A stretch of 16,131 bases of DNA from Coprothermobacterota bacterium (lineage in GTDB: Bacteria; Coprothermobacterota; HKB111), in contig JBBIUB010000008.1 of NCBI GenBank assembly GCA_037440465.1, positions 49,027 through 65,157 of the forward strand, written 5' to 3'. The notes under the pieces were generated by a model, which saw only the letters and a program-made list of their open reading frames with translations, did not search any database and was not told the origin of the DNA. Shown piece by piece: positions 16,016 to 16,131 of this stretch. The first letter of the stretch is position 1; each line of letters opens with the position of its first letter. The translations under genes were made by a program, and so were the position numbers.

Positions 16016-16086
16016 CCTCCTACCCTCACCCCCGTATCGAGTACGGGGCAGGCTCTACCCTCTCTTGCAGTGTAAAGAGGAGTAAA
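16016..16086. repeat. REP-like element with a nested 24-bp hairpin insert
   Basis: cctcctaccctcacc [cccgtatcgagtacggggcaggct] ctaccctctcttgcagtgtaaagaggagtaaa. Hairpin ccccgta(16030-16036)/tacgggg(16042-16048). Removing the insert gives ccctcaccctaccctctc, nearly identical to 4200-4217. Confidence 0.65.
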
Positions 16087-16131
16087 GAGTAGAAGTTAGA
16101 AGACAGAAGATGAAAAATATGCTAAGGGAAA

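Noticed and set aside
16110..16131. Possible start of a divergent plus-strand CDS (MKNMLRE...)
   Set aside because: Only 7 codons are visible at the window edge, too few to support a call.

Overview
This window most likely comes from a bacterium, judged by sigma70-type promoters, AGGAGG/GGAGG ribosome-binding sites and REP-like repeats. The left ~4.3 kb is housekeeping-like: an AEC-family transporter, tldD-tldE/pmbA and an Mth938-like protein. The remaining ~11.7 kb is a visibly more AT-rich protein-glycosylation locus made of two convergent units. The minus-strand unit is an archaeal-type oligosaccharyltransferase (AglB/STT3 family: DxxYH, DHH, TIAE, WWDFG), rmlA-rmlC-rmlB-rmlD, a Wzx/AglR-like flippase and a SAM methyltransferase. 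The plus-strand unit is a geranylgeranyl reductase, a DPM-synthase-like GT2 and a second GT2. Together these look like a euryarchaeal-style N-glycosylation pathway under a bacterial promoter, possibly with its own lipid-carrier reductase (inference). Reading the sequence directly also shows features absent from the ORF track: a ~108-aa duplicated DxNxDG-type insert in the OST, two decayed gene remnants (a GT2 and a probable B12-binding radical SAM) marking rearrangements, and four related REP-like elements, two of which carry nested insertions.
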